From contig CAWCAG010000005.1 of assembly GCA_963793425.1 (NCBI GenBank), forward strand, positions 1,920,001-1,984,000: a stretch of DNA of 64,000 nt, given 5' to 3'. The first letter of the stretch is position 1, and each line of letters starts with the position of its first letter. Origin of the DNA: an uncultured cyanobacterium (GTDB lineage: Bacteria > Cyanobacteriota > Cyanobacteriia > Cyanobacteriales > CAWCAG01). Made by a program: the position numbers and the translations under genes. Under the pieces are notes generated by a model. The model was not told the DNA's origin, did not search any database, and was given only the letters and a program-made list of their open reading frames with translations. Positions 10,259 through 20,768 of this stretch are shown here, piece by piece.

Positions 10259-11248
10259 ATGAGCGATCAAGAAATATCAGAGTTAGATTCCCTACGGCGA
10301 GAAGTTGCTGAATTAAGGAAAATTAAAATAGCTTTTGATACTCAAAATAGCCTGTTAAAAGCATCAGTGGCTGCCACACAAACAGTAACAGGTTCCTTGA
10401 TGCTGAAGACTGTTTTGCAGCAGGCATTATCTATTTGTAGTCAGGTTGTCGAAGCACAAGAGAGTAGCCTTTTTCTCATTAATGGTGAGGGAATAGTTAT
10501 TGAAAGTATTCTTGCTCGTGGTGCTATAATCAAAGAGCAAAAACAAAATATTATTGGTAAAGTTTTAGGCCAAGGGTTAGCCGGTTGGGTAATTAAAAAC
10601 CGGAGAATCGGATTAATTAAAGATACAACTATTGATGAGCGTTGGCTAACTTTACCGAATCAACCTTACAAAGTACGCTCGGTTTTGTGTGTTCCAATTT
10701 TTAAAAGAAGGACTTTACTGGGAATAATTACTTTAATGCACTCTAAACCAGAGCATTTTACCAGAACATCTGTGGAGTTAATGCAAATGTTCGTTGGACA
10801 AATGGTTTTAGTGTTAGATAATGTGCGACTTCATTTAGAAGCAGAACAATATTCATCTAAATCATCTTCTTTACAAGCTAAAGTCAGTGATAACAAACAG
10901 GATTATCCCTCCCCTCCAGCTACTGATAATTTAACTAAACTTGGTATATTTATTATTTTAAATAAAGGCAAATTTCTCTATGCGAATCAGCAATTAGCAA
11001 AAATTTTTGGCTACAGTTTTGCTGAACTTGTTGCTTTGGAGTCTCTGTTTACTTTGGTCGCCACTAGTAATTTAGAGCAAGTCACTCAAGAAATTAACCG
11101 TAGCTTTCAAGATAGAAAAAAAGTTATAGACCTTACTTTTCAAGGACGCTGTAAAGATGCTTCTCTTATTAATGTAGAAATTTATGGAAATCGTACCAAA
11201 TTTTACGGCAAAACTGCCATAATTGGCGCATTGAGACAAGCTGTATAA
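10259..11248 (+). CDS. GAF and PAS domain protein without output domain
   Basis: GLAGWVIKNR, DERW and RSVLCVPI GAF motifs; C-terminal YANQQLAKIFGYS PAS; start uncertain (10211 or 10259). Confidence 0.8.
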   Translation: MSDQEISELDSLRREVAELRKIKIAFDTQNSLLKASVAATQTVTGSLMLKTVLQQALSICSQVVEAQESSLFLINGEGIVIESILARGAIIKEQKQNIIGKVLGQGLAGWVIKNRRIGLIKDTTIDERWLTLPNQPYKVRSVLCVPIFKRRTLLGIITLMHSKPEHFTRTSVELMQMFVGQMVLVLDNVRLHLEAEQYSSKSSSLQAKVSDNKQDYPSPPATDNLTKLGIFIILNKGKFLYANQQLAKIFGYSFAELVALESLFTLVATSNLEQVTQEINRSFQDRKKVIDLTFQGRCKDASLINVEIYGNRTKFYGKTAIIGALRQAV

Positions 11249-11260
11249 AAAAAGTCAAAC

Positions 11261-12916
11261 ATGGCAAAAATATCAATGTTGAAAAGATGGCGATTAGTAT
11301 TAGTAGCTTTAGGGTGTGCCTTAGCTATTATCCTTACCAACTGTAGTCAAGATGAAGGAACAGAAGTTTCTACATCCCCCTCACAAAATCAGTCAGGAGT
11401 TTTAATTTATGCCTCTGGGGGACAACCAGTTAACCTTGAACCGGGCAATGTCACTGATGGCAACTCACTTATTGTCCAGCAACAGATTTACAATCGCCTT
11501 TTGGAAACTAAACCGGGAACCGCTGAATCAATACCAGCATTAGCAACCTCTTGGGAAAATTCTGAAGATGGCAAAACTTGGACTTTTAAGTTGCGAGAAG
11601 GGGTGAAATTCCACGATGAGACGGATTTTAATGCTGATGCGGTTAAATTTAATGTAGAACGGTGGTGGGATGCAGATCATCCCTATGGCTTTCGTGATGC
11701 CGGGAAGAATTATGAAATTTGGGGTAATCTCTTCGGAGGCTTTCGAGGAGATGCAGAATCTTTGCTTCAGGAAATCAAAGTTGTAGATGATTATACAATT
11801 CAATTTATCTTGCAACAACCCTTTGCAGCCTTTCCTGCTGCTATTGGTTCGGGTTATTTCGGCATTGCTAGCCCTACAGCCATTCAAAAGGCCGCAGAAA
11901 AGTATGGTACACCAAATTCCCAAGCTGTGGGTACGGGAGCTTTTAAATTTGCAGAATGGCGTACAGGCGATCGCATCATCCTGACTAACAATTCTGATTA
12001 TTGGCAGCCCGATTTACCCAAAACAGAACAGCTAGTTTTTCGCTTCATCACCGATCCTGCCGCCAGGTTAGCAGAATTAAGGGCAGGTGGAGTAGATTTT
12101 ACCGTTGATTTAAGCCCTGATCAACGGGAGGAAATTGAAGAGGATGCTAACTTAGAAGCCATAGTACGTCCTTCCTTTAATGTCGGTTATTTGGCACTCA
12201 ACCCTAGTTACGAACCCCTTGCCAAGCTAGAAGTACGCCAAGCTATTGCCGCAGCTATCAACCGCCCTGCCATTGTCGAAGCATTTTGGGGAGAATTAGC
12301 CACCAGTGATCCCCATTTTACTCCTCCTGCCTTAGATTGGTCACAAAACCAGGAGTTAGCAGACTATCAATACGATCCTGAAAAAGCGCAGAAACTCCTA
12401 GCAGAAGCAGGCTACGAAGAAGGCTTTGATTTGGATTTATGGTATATGCCTGTTTCTCGCCCCTATTATCCTTCTCCTAAAGCGATCGCCGAAGCATTTG
12501 CAGCAGATTTAAGTGCAGTGGGTATTAAGGTTAACTTGCAAACAAAAGATTGGGCTGCTTATCTTGAAGATCGGCGCAAAGCTCCAGGGTTTCAAGCTTT
12601 TATGTTAGGTTGGACAGGAGATTATGGTGATCCTGACAATTTTTACTACGCTCATTTTAGCCCTGCGGCCACAGCAGATTTAGGGGGCTGGCAAAACGAA
12701 ACCCTCCTAGAGTTATTAGAAAAAGGGCGACAGGAACAACAAAAGGAAGCAAGGGGTAAAATCTATGCAAAGATAGATAAACTTGTTGCCGAAGAAAAGG
12801 TACGCATTCCTATTGTTCATTCCCAACCTTTATTAGCAAAAAGAAAAAACATTCAAGGTTGGCAACCTAGTCCCCTCGGTTCGGAACCTTTTTCTACTAT
12901 CGAAAAGCAAGATTAA
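11261..12916 (+). CDS. ABC transporter peptide-binding lipoprotein (DppA/OppA family 5)
   Basis: Lipobox-like LTNC; WTFKLREGVKFHD, GTGAFKF and GWTGDYGDPDNF. Confidence 0.92.
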   Translation: MAKISMLKRWRLVLVALGCALAIILTNCSQDEGTEVSTSPSQNQSGVLIYASGGQPVNLEPGNVTDGNSLIVQQQIYNRLLETKPGTAESIPALATSWENSEDGKTWTFKLREGVKFHDETDFNADAVKFNVERWWDADHPYGFRDAGKNYEIWGNLFGGFRGDAESLLQEIKVVDDYTIQFILQQPFAAFPAAIGSGYFGIASPTAIQKAAEKYGTPNSQAVGTGAFKFAEWRTGDRIILTNNSDYWQPDLPKTEQLVFRFITDPAARLAELRAGGVDFTVDLSPDQREEIEEDANLEAIVRPSFNVGYLALNPSYEPLAKLEVRQAIAAAINRPAIVEAFWGELATSDPHFTPPALDWSQNQELADYQYDPEKAQKLLAEAGYEEGFDLDLWYMPVSRPYYPSPKAIAEAFAADLSAVGIKVNLQTKDWAAYLEDRRKAPGFQAFMLGWTGDYGDPDNFYYAHFSPAATADLGGWQNETLLELLEKGRQEQQKEARGKIYAKIDKLVAEEKVRIPIVHSQPLLAKRKNIQGWQPSPLGSEPFSTIEKQD

Positions 12917-13021
12917 TTACTAATTTCAGTCTTGCCACAAAATAGCTACCAGAGTTGCATAAATTGCTGGAAGTCAGCTACAGTAACTGCTGAGTCAAAA
13001 ATTGTGGAGGAACAAAATTTC

Positions 13022-13504
13022 GTGATCGGGATCATCTTTTTTATTCTTGCCTTCATCTTTGGTAGCTTCCTCGAATATTGGCTGCACCGCCTCATGCACG
13101 TTTCTCCGCGTATCGGTAGCCGCCATAGAGATCATCACCGTCGTAATGAAGGACAGGGGGTTCTCTGGGAATTTAGAGACTATATTCGGGGTGGTATTCT
13201 GGTCATGTGTTTAATGTTCTTGATCTCTTTACAAGCCGGTATTGGTTGGTTTTTAGGAGGATTAGTTTACGCGGCTTTTTCCGCCTATGCCCACCAACTA
13301 CAACACGAAAATCCCACCAAATGTTTCTGGATGAAAATGCCTGTTCATTACGTCCACCACAAATACAGTATGTGGCATTACAACTTTGGTTTAGCTGTAG
13401 ACTGGTGGGATCATCTCTTCGGTACTTATAAAGCCGTAGAATGGCTAACGGAAGAAGAAGAAGCCCTGCAAGAACTAAATTATTGGCAGTTACGTTGGTG
13501 GTAA
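13022..13504 (+). CDS. Sterol desaturase/fatty acid hydroxylase family protein
   Basis: HRLMH, HRDHH, HYVHH and NFGLAVDWWDHLFGT; GGAGG RBS before GTG 13022. Confidence 0.85.
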   Translation: MIGIIFFILAFIFGSFLEYWLHRLMHVSPRIGSRHRDHHRRNEGQGVLWEFRDYIRGGILVMCLMFLISLQAGIGWFLGGLVYAAFSAYAHQLQHENPTKCFWMKMPVHYVHHKYSMWHYNFGLAVDWWDHLFGTYKAVEWLTEEEEALQELNYWQLRWW

Positions 13505-13553
13505 ACATTTATCATTTATCATTAAACATTTATCATTGAACAAGTTGTTTTAG

Positions 13554-13615
13554 AGCAACTAGCAACTAGCAACTAGCGACTAGCAACTAGCCATTAGCCA
13601 TTAGCCATTAGCAAT
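13554..13615. repeat. Heptamer short tandem repeat array (STRR)
   Basis: AGCAACT-type x5 then AGCCATT x3; overlaps the 3' end of the hydrolase gene. Confidence 0.9.
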
Positions 13616-14646
13616 ATTTGATTGTCACAAAAATCTAACAATCGATTGAAACCCCAAAACTCATCCTCTCCTCCCTTGGCAACGCCGATGTGGGCAACGT
13701 GTCCTCCTTGGGGAGTCATTAATAAATAACCATGGGGATTATTGCTCATGCGTTGTTCGATTTCTTTTACTAAAGTGGGATCGAACATGGGATCATCGGC
13801 GGCATAAACAACCAGGAAGGGCAACTTTAGCTGATCAAGAAGCTCAAGCCCGCTCGTTTTTTGATAATATTCCTCAACACTAGCAAAACCATAGTAGTTA
13901 ATCACCATTTCTCGATCAAAAGAATCAATGGAAGTAATACCCGCTACTGCCCCTGGTTTAACTGCCTGCGGGAAACGATCCTGGCGTTTTTGAGCCTCAA
14001 TTTGTAATTCTTTGGTTAAAGTTTGTTCAATAAACCTTCCGGCTGGAGTGCTAACTAAATATTGCAAAGAACGATTAGACTCTAAATTAGGGGCAATCAC
14101 CGCCCCAGTAAAGATTAACTCACAACCTTCTTCTACTGCTGCTTGTAAACCCCACAGGGCTAACTGCCCCCCCAACGAAAAACCTATCAAAGCTACTGGG
14201 GCAGGACAACCCATCGCGATCGCAGCTTCAGCAATTTTGACTTGATCTACCCCTTCTCGCCAACCATCAGAAGAAGGTGCAGGAGAAAGTTCGGCTGTTT
14301 TGCCATGACTACGCCAATCATAAAGCACCACCGCCCAACCTCTTTGATAAGCTTTGCGGGCAACCACATGGGCATACCAGGCTGTAGCAACAGTACCGGT
14401 AATACCATAATTGAGGATCATCGTACCTTTAGCTTGGGGAGGGCAACTCCACATTCCCCATAAAGGGACATCCTCTGCCCCAGTGAAAACTTTTTCTTGC
14501 CAAGGGATAGGGGGAAGGTGGGCTAACCAAGGTACTTTTTCTCCTAACCAATTCCAGCTATTGCCATACCAAAGGCTGGTGGCAATAGTTTGTACTAAGC
14601 CATCCCTTAAATACCAAGGTGTTTGGTAACTTTTATTTTCTTTCAT
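13594..14646 (-). CDS. YheT-family alpha/beta hydrolase
   Basis: GFSLGG nucleophile elbow, AADDP and GGHV catalytic triad motifs. Confidence 0.88.
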   Translation of the reverse strand: MKENKSYQTPWYLRDGLVQTIATSLWYGNSWNWLGEKVPWLAHLPPIPWQEKVFTGAEDVPLWGMWSCPPQAKGTMILNYGITGTVATAWYAHVVARKAYQRGWAVVLYDWRSHGKTAELSPAPSSDGWREGVDQVKIAEAAIAMGCPAPVALIGFSLGGQLALWGLQAAVEEGCELIFTGAVIAPNLESNRSLQYLVSTPAGRFIEQTLTKELQIEAQKRQDRFPQAVKPGAVAGITSIDSFDREMVINYYGFASVEEYYQKTSGLELLDQLKLPFLVVYAADDPMFDPTLVKEIEQRMSNNPHGYLLMTPQGGHVAHIGVAKGGEDEFWGFNRLLDFCDNQILLMANG

Positions 14647-14860
14647 TAAGGATTTATCAATAATCTTAATTCAACTCCTCACACAAAAATAAGCCAGCAA
14701 ATCTTAAATAAATTTTTAATCTCAACAGTTTTTTCCTGGTAAATCTTTGAAACCTTTAGAAAAAATTTAGGATTACGGCTTATAATAGGACAGGAATTTT
14801 ATATTCTTGCAACACTTCTTCACAAACTGTAAACAAAAGTATAGCCAAAGCTTTCTTGTA

Positions 14861-15625
14861 ATGCCAAGAATACTTGTAATCGATGATGACCCTGCAATTT
14901 CAGAATTAGTCTCTATTAACCTAGAGATGGCTGGATATGATGTCAATATGGCCGAAGATGGCCTTAAAGGCCAAGCCCTCGCCGTCCAGATTCAGCCAGA
15001 CTTAATCATGCTGGATCTTATGCTTCCTAGAGTTGATGGTTTTACAGTTTGCCAGCGATTGCGTAGAGATGAACGCACTTCTGACATTCCCGTATTAATG
15101 TTGACAGCATTAGGACAAACCCAAGATAAGGTGGGAGGCTTTAATGCTGGTGCTGACGACTATATGACTAAGCCTTTTGAGTTAGAGGAAATGTTAGCTA
15201 GGGTGAGGGCTTTATTACGTCGTACTGATCGTATTCCCCAAGCAGCGAAACACTCAGAAATTCTCAACTATGGCCCTTTAACCCTTATTCCTGAAAGATT
15301 TGAAGCAATTTGGTTTGATAAAACAGTTAAACTAACTCATTTAGAATTTGAGTTACTCCATTGCTTACTTCAGCGTCATGGGCAAACAGTTTCTCCTAGC
15401 GAAATCCTCAAAGAAGTTTGGGGATATGACCCTAATGATGATATCGAAACTATTCGAGTTCATATTCGCCACTTGAGAACCAAACTTGAACCTGATCCCC
15501 GTCATCCACGCTATATCAAAACTGTCTATGGCGCTGGTTATTGTTTAGAATTATCCAATAGCGAGCAACCCATTGAAGAGATTGAGAATAACGATGTTGC
15601 TGCTTTAAGCAGTGAAAAGGATTAG
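14861..15625 (+). CDS. rpaA: Circadian output response regulator RpaA
   Basis: [26 protein letters not shown]...[19 protein letters not shown]...[12 protein letters not shown], characteristic of RpaA. Confidence 0.93.
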   Translation: MPRILVIDDDPAISELVSINLEMAGYDVNMAEDGLKGQALAVQIQPDLIMLDLMLPRVDGFTVCQRLRRDERTSDIPVLMLTALGQTQDKVGGFNAGADDYMTKPFELEEMLARVRALLRRTDRIPQAAKHSEILNYGPLTLIPERFEAIWFDKTVKLTHLEFELLHCLLQRHGQTVSPSEILKEVWGYDPNDDIETIRVHIRHLRTKLEPDPRHPRYIKTVYGAGYCLELSNSEQPIEEIENNDVAALSSEKD

Positions 15626-15639
15626 GTTGGCCAGAAAAG

Positions 15640-16707
15640 ATGGGCTTAGGGCTTAGGAGTTCGCAGCTAAAGTTCACTATTGCTAGTTTTGTTGGGCTTT
15701 TCTGTCAGGGTATGATCATCGCCACTCCTGGGGCATTTCTACCCCAATGGCAAAATGTCTTTGGTGAACAAGTAAGTCTTGGTTGGTACTACAACCTATT
15801 TTTGTTAGGTGGTTTGGTTGGATTACGTTTAGCTTCCACTGTACAAAAGCGTCATCCTCTTGTCTCTTGTGGTTTTGCTGCGGCTGCTTTTGGTTTTAGT
15901 TTCGCTGCGGTGTCTGCTAATTTCCTCAGCATTATCATAGCTGCTATGTTCATTGGCTTTGGCAGCGGCATCATCAACCTGCAATCTAATAGCATGATTG
16001 GAGAATTGCACCCCCAACGCAGAATTGCCATGCTTAATTGGGGTAGTGCTATTTTTGGGCTAGGGGCTTTGAGTACTCCTCTGTTAGCTTCTTTCCTGCC
16101 TTGGCGAATCGCTTTACTTTTGATTGCAACTGTGGCTTTGCTAGGTATAACTTTAGCTTGGCTTGCCCCTTGTGTCCTTGATTTCTCCCCAACAGATAGT
16201 AAGATGCCTTGGAGTAAGGCACGTCTTTTATTATTATTATTTTTCCTCTATGTCGGTTTAGAAAGTTCCATCGGTACTTGGAATAATAGCTATCTCCTTA
16301 ATCTCGGTTGGAATGAAGTTGCTAGCGGAACCCTACTCTCTTTTTATTGGGGCGGGTTAACCCTGGGAAAAGCCGTTTTAGGAACTTGGGTAGGAAAACA
16401 ACCAGTTAGGGCTTTAAAGTTGCTTTTGCTCGGTGCGTTAGTTCTTCTCGGATTTATCTGCATCCCTTCCCTAGTAATTCTTCTCCCCTTAGCCGCTTTT
16501 TTATACGGCCCCCTATTCGGAACAGTATTAGGTCTTTTACAAGAACGTTGTGGTCATGTAGCTTTAGGTTACTTATTTTACGCTGCTTACGTCGGTAGAA
16601 CTTTAATACCTGCTTCTTTGGGCTTATTAGAAAGTCCAGCTTATTTACCCTATGGCTTTGTTAGCTTAGCTTTAATTCTTTATCTCTCAAGCTTGCGTTT
16701 AAAGTAA
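15640..16707 (+). CDS. Compact MFS transporter
   Basis: Multiple TM helices, FLYVGLESSIGTW and LSFYWGG motifs of FucP/TsgA-like MFS. Confidence 0.8.
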   Translation: MGLGLRSSQLKFTIASFVGLFCQGMIIATPGAFLPQWQNVFGEQVSLGWYYNLFLLGGLVGLRLASTVQKRHPLVSCGFAAAAFGFSFAAVSANFLSIIIAAMFIGFGSGIINLQSNSMIGELHPQRRIAMLNWGSAIFGLGALSTPLLASFLPWRIALLLIATVALLGITLAWLAPCVLDFSPTDSKMPWSKARLLLLLFFLYVGLESSIGTWNNSYLLNLGWNEVASGTLLSFYWGGLTLGKAVLGTWVGKQPVRALKLLLLGALVLLGFICIPSLVILLPLAAFLYGPLFGTVLGLLQERCGHVALGYLFYAAYVGRTLIPASLGLLESPAYLPYGFVSLALILYLSSLRLK

Positions 16708-16727
16708 AGGCAACGAACAATTGCTGG

Positions 16728-17552
16728 CTAACTCAAAGCAGACGTAATCGCCTGTTGGCTAACGGTTTGATAAACCTGATCTAAATATTGTCTTACTAAG
16801 GTAGCATCAGCAGAAGGTAAAGGAATATCCCCCAGGATTTCTATAGGAGTTTTGCTTTCTGGAGGGGGTGCAATAACTACTAAAGATGATTCTAAAGGTT
16901 CTTCATATCGCCAGAACTTTTCTAAATCTAAGCTAGTATCTTCTGAAGAGTTTTCTACTTTAACCTTTTGTTCTGAAACTACCTCAATTAAATCCTCTTC
17001 ATATTCCCCTTTATAACCATCAGAACGTAATTGCCTTAAGGTATCAAGAATTTCTCCTTTAGTACGTCCCCTTAACTGGAATAAAACAAAAGGATCTTCG
17101 CTGAAGCGATCCCCTAATTGATAGTAAACAGCACCAATGTGTTTACAGGGGTTGGCTTTGTCAGGGCAGCTACAGCGAGAGTGAATATCAGATAAGGTGA
17201 AGGGAAACAAGCTTAAACCACTGGCGGTAAAAACTTCTTCTTCAATGTTAGCAGGCATTTCTCCGGCTAGTAATTGAGCAGAAAAAACTGCTTTTTGAGA
17301 CATGGTTTCAATGGCATAATCCCAATCTTCGTTGCTAAAAGCATCAAGAGAAAGAGAAACATGATAAGGTTCGGGTTCACTGCCTTGTACTTGTGCTAAA
17401 ACCTTTCCTCCCTCAAATTCTATACTGAGGACATTACCTTCTTTCGCATACTTCCTGGCCCTTTCTAAACGCTTTTTAAAACGATAGGAATCAAGTAACT
17501 CTAGCCATCTTTGTACCCACCATTCCCGACTAGAAATTTGATAATTAGTCAT
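16728..17552 (-). CDS. SWIM zinc finger protein
   Basis: CSCPDKANPCKH. Confidence 0.92.
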   Translation of the reverse strand: MTNYQISSREWWVQRWLELLDSYRFKKRLERARKYAKEGNVLSIEFEGGKVLAQVQGSEPEPYHVSLSLDAFSNEDWDYAIETMSQKAVFSAQLLAGEMPANIEEEVFTASGLSLFPFTLSDIHSRCSCPDKANPCKHIGAVYYQLGDRFSEDPFVLFQLRGRTKGEILDTLRQLRSDGYKGEYEEDLIEVVSEQKVKVENSSEDTSLDLEKFWRYEEPLESSLVVIAPPPESKTPIEILGDIPLPSADATLVRQYLDQVYQTVSQQAITSALS

Positions 17553-18388
17553 TGCTTTTGATCATTTTTTGGTTGTTCTTGCTCTTTTAGTTTTTCCAGC
17601 TTCTCTTTTCCTGTCTTAATTTTTTCCTCCTTATTTTTGTAAAAAGTCTCCAAACTTTCAATATCTCCCACAAAACGCCAGTGCCAAGGTTCATAAGCAA
17701 TACCTTGTGGGTTATCTTCAGGAAAAGATAGCTCAAAACTATAACGAGGAGCATTTTTTTCTAGCCATTTAAAAGCTGGAGTTTCCTCAAAACTCGTTTT
17801 CAAGTTTGCGGCTGGTAATTTACCATCACCAATATCAATGGCATAACCGGTATGATGTTCACTATAACCTGGAGGGGCGCTTACTTCGGCTCTTTGGCTT
17901 GCTATTTCTCCCCGTTGTTCTTTAACCTGAAAAAATAGTTGTTTCTGGTCTTCTACAGAACGGAAACCAGAAAGAGCAACTAAATTAATGCCCTCAGCAC
18001 TAGCTGCATTGACCATTTCTTTAAATTTTACCGCAGCATTTTTGTGCATTTTAATGCTGCCATTAGCAGTAACTGGTGCTAACTTTTCTTTATCTATTTC
18101 TTCGTAGGGTAAATGCCCCAGCAAATCTTCTTTTTCTGGACTAGGAATAACTTCCCTTTCAGGAGAAGGAGAAGCTTGTTGAGCTTTAGGCGGGGTAACT
18201 GGATTAGAGAACAAAGCACCAGCAAGAAGAGAGATAATACCTAATATTAATCCTCCACTAATTAGTAATATTTTTCGACGTGAAAATTGTGTTTGAGAAC
18301 GGTTGTTCTCCCTCAATGCTTCTGGGACATCATCTCCAGTGGCGAGGGAACGTTTGACAATTTTTTTTTGCGAACCTGCTTTACCCAT
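17549..18388 (-). CDS. D-Ala-D-Ala carboxypeptidase (M15B/VanY family)
   Basis: SGFRS, SEHHTGYAID and YEPWHWR; N-terminal TM. Confidence 0.92.
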   Translation of the reverse strand: MGKAGSQKKIVKRSLATGDDVPEALRENNRSQTQFSRRKILLISGGLILGIISLLAGALFSNPVTPPKAQQASPSPEREVIPSPEKEDLLGHLPYEEIDKEKLAPVTANGSIKMHKNAAVKFKEMVNAASAEGINLVALSGFRSVEDQKQLFFQVKEQRGEIASQRAEVSAPPGYSEHHTGYAIDIGDGKLPAANLKTSFEETPAFKWLEKNAPRYSFELSFPEDNPQGIAYEPWHWRFVGDIESLETFYKNKEEKIKTGKEKLEKLKEQEQPKNDQKQ

Positions 18389-18489
18389 TCATTGCTCCGG
18401 CTGGTGAGATTCAACCGTATAATGTACATAATTTTCTGCACTGATGCTAGCAAATTAGCTAAATGTTTATCTAATTTTGGAGTCTCATC

Positions 18490-19059
18490 ATGACCCAGGC
18501 TATCACTAAAACCTTAACCATAGAGGAATTTTTACAACGAGAAGAAACGAAACCAGCTTCGGAATTTATTAATGGTAAAATTTTTCAAAAGCCGATGCCC
18601 CAAGGAGAACATAGTTTATTGCAAGGGAAACTTTGCGAGAAAGTTAATCGAGTTGTCAGGAATCAGAAAACTGCTTTAGCTTTCCCTGAGTTGCGTTGTA
18701 CATTCGGTAACAAGTCTATTGTCCCCGATATAGCCGTTTTTCGCTGGTCAAGGATTCCCCTTACTGCTTCCGGGAGAGTTGCTAATCGTTTTGAGATTCA
18801 TCCCGACTGGTCAATTGAAATTCTATCACCAGGGCAGAGCTTAACCAAGGTTTTGAGTAATTTGCTGCACTGTTCTTTCCATGGTACTGAGTTGGGTTGG
18901 TTGGTTAACCCCGAAGAAGAGAGTATTTTTGTGGTACACCCTGAACAAAGGATAGAATTATTTGAGAGAAATGCAGTTTTACCTGTGTTGAGTGGGGTAG
19001 AGTTGGAGTTAAAAGTTGAGAATGTTTTTTCTTGGTTAAGAATTGAGCCAACCAGCTAA
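18490..19059 (+). CDS. Uma2 family (DUF820) putative endonuclease
   Basis: KPASEFING, PELRCTFG, VPDIAVF and PDWSIEILSP. Confidence 0.92.
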   Translation: MTQAITKTLTIEEFLQREETKPASEFINGKIFQKPMPQGEHSLLQGKLCEKVNRVVRNQKTALAFPELRCTFGNKSIVPDIAVFRWSRIPLTASGRVANRFEIHPDWSIEILSPGQSLTKVLSNLLHCSFHGTELGWLVNPEEESIFVVHPEQRIELFERNAVLPVLSGVELELKVENVFSWLRIEPTS

Positions 19060-19187
19060 ATTATCAAGGACGGGGTGACGGGGTGACTCGGTGATGGGGA
19101 GAGGAATTGAATGCCTATTTCCTAGTTTAGTAAAATGTTTAATGATGTCTACGACAACGGCAAATCCGAACAATGAGCGATGATTTT

Positions 19188-19976
19188 TTAACCAAAAATT
19201 GTTTCTTGTTCTGGCTGAAAAATGTAGTCGTAGTCAAAAAATAAGTAATCAATATTTCTAATGATTTCAAAACCTAAATCAACTAATGTTTGGGTCGTGA
19301 AAGTAGCCATAATTAACTCAATAGCTTTTTTCTTACTTAAAGCCGGTTTGCGAATAAAATAACTCCGTTTAGAAAAGAAAATATTTTCATCTCTAGGGCT
19401 AATTAAGCCATTAAGACGATGGGTATGTTGAACAGGTTTAATATAGGTTTTGAAGAAAAATTCTTGGTTGCGTTGCAAACGATAAAGTCTTTCATGTTGT
19501 AACCAACTCATTTGAAAAAGCATTTTAACTAATTCAAAGCCTAAAATATAGTGTAGAACACGATTTTGTTTACTGGGACTTAAGACAAAGCGTAGGGCAG
19601 ATTCTAAATATTGGTCAGGGTTACGGCGAATATCTTGAGCAGAATGAAAATAAAACAACTTAATATATTTTTTTATGGCATCTTCATTTAATGTTGAATC
19701 AACACCGAAGTTTTCTAAATATTTTTGTACTTTAGTTTTGGTATTTTTATTATGAATAATTTTATAAATAAGCCCATCAGCAGTATAATTATCAAGAAAT
19801 TCCGCTTGAGACTTCGGGTTTGCAGCGCATAAAAGATGGCACAAAGACAGTAAACAACGTCTTTGCTCCCAAGGCAGACTTTCTGACCATTTTCTTGCTT
19901 CTTCAGGTAGCAAATTGAGCATTTCTTTCCATCCTCGCTTAAGGCTCAAAGAAGTAATTTCTTGGCTGATTGTCAT
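19188..19976 (-). CDS. Conserved cyanobacterial hypothetical protein
   Basis: Intact 262-aa ORF; WSESLPWEQRRCLLSLCHL and FLDNYTADG family-like motifs; function not evident. Confidence 0.7.
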   Translation of the reverse strand: MTISQEITSLSLKRGWKEMLNLLPEEARKWSESLPWEQRRCLLSLCHLLCAANPKSQAEFLDNYTADGLIYKIIHNKNTKTKVQKYLENFGVDSTLNEDAIKKYIKLFYFHSAQDIRRNPDQYLESALRFVLSPSKQNRVLHYILGFELVKMLFQMSWLQHERLYRLQRNQEFFFKTYIKPVQHTHRLNGLISPRDENIFFSKRSYFIRKPALSKKKAIELIMATFTTQTLVDLGFEIIRNIDYLFFDYDYIFQPEQETIFG

Positions 19977-20313
19977 CCTGGTTTGCCTTTATATACGTTT
20001 GTAAATAGAGGGCAGTATTATTAGTTTTTTGCTCTCGCCTAATAAAATTTCTTTTTTAGCAAATTGAGAACCCCTAATACATTATATGAATAGCTATGTT
20101 TGCGTTAGGGTTTGCTTTCGTGTTCGTTTACTACTAATAAAAGTTGAACATAACATATACCAAAAAACAGGGAGTAGGGAGTAGGCAGCAGGCAGCAATG
20201 ATCAATGATTATTGATTAGTTTTAACCATAACCAACCTATGAGGCAACCGAGAAGATAATGAGGGAAGTCTAACCAAGAAAAGGTTGTTCCTAAAAATAA
20301 GCGCCCGAATAAT

Positions 20314-20598
20314 TTAAACTTGTTGTTCAAATAGTTCTATCAATTCTTGAGGGGTAAATTCAAAACTTTCAAGCCACCAAGTAGTTAAAGCTAACAACCG
20401 CTTTGCTGTCAAACTTGGTGGGCGATAGGAATCACCTTGAGGATTTTGCATCCAATGCCTTACCGTATCTTCACTTACTCCGGCAAGTAAACCAATTTTA
20501 TAGTAAGTAATGGGGTAGCGAATGGCAAATTGTCTAGGTTCAATGCTGCCCCACAGCCAGTTTTGAAAATCTGCTACTTCATCAGTATTCGGTGTCAT
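20314..20598 (-). CDS. Small helix-turn-helix protein
   Basis: TYYKIGLLAGVSEDTVRHW HTH pattern. Confidence 0.7.
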   Translation of the reverse strand: MTPNTDEVADFQNWLWGSIEPRQFAIRYPITYYKIGLLAGVSEDTVRHWMQNPQGDSYRPPSLTAKRLLALTTWWLESFEFTPQELIELFEQQV

Positions 20599-20661
20599 TT
20601 TTTTAGTTGGTGACGCTTTTGATTTGAGCTAAATTGAAAACAAAATGAGACACTGGAAAGA

Positions 20662-20684
20662 AGAGCAAATCAAAGATTTGCTCT
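20662..20684. promoter_or_regulatory. Perfect 10-bp inverted repeat in the 5' leader of the minus-strand HTH gene
   Basis: AGAGCAAATC-AAA-GATTTGCTCT. Confidence 0.55.
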
Positions 20685-20707
20685 ATTAATGTTTTGAAAC
20701 TTGTCTA

Positions 20708-20762
20708 TTCATGTGCCATTATGACGTGCTTTTTTGCTTATGTCAATATGGCACGTCATATT
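20708..20762. promoter_or_regulatory. Overlapping divergent sigma70 promoters with operator boxes
   Basis: Minus strand TTGACA(20746-41)-N17-CATAAT(20723-18); plus strand TTGCTT(20734-39)-N17-CATATT(20757-62); inverted repeat TATGACGTGC / GCACGTCATA. Confidence 0.65.
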
Positions 20763-20768
20763 TGTTAT

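Noticed and set aside
19188..19976. Cobyrinic acid a,c-diamide synthase label that I recall being given to similar proteins
   Set aside because: No P-loop or glutamine amidotransferase motifs are visible.
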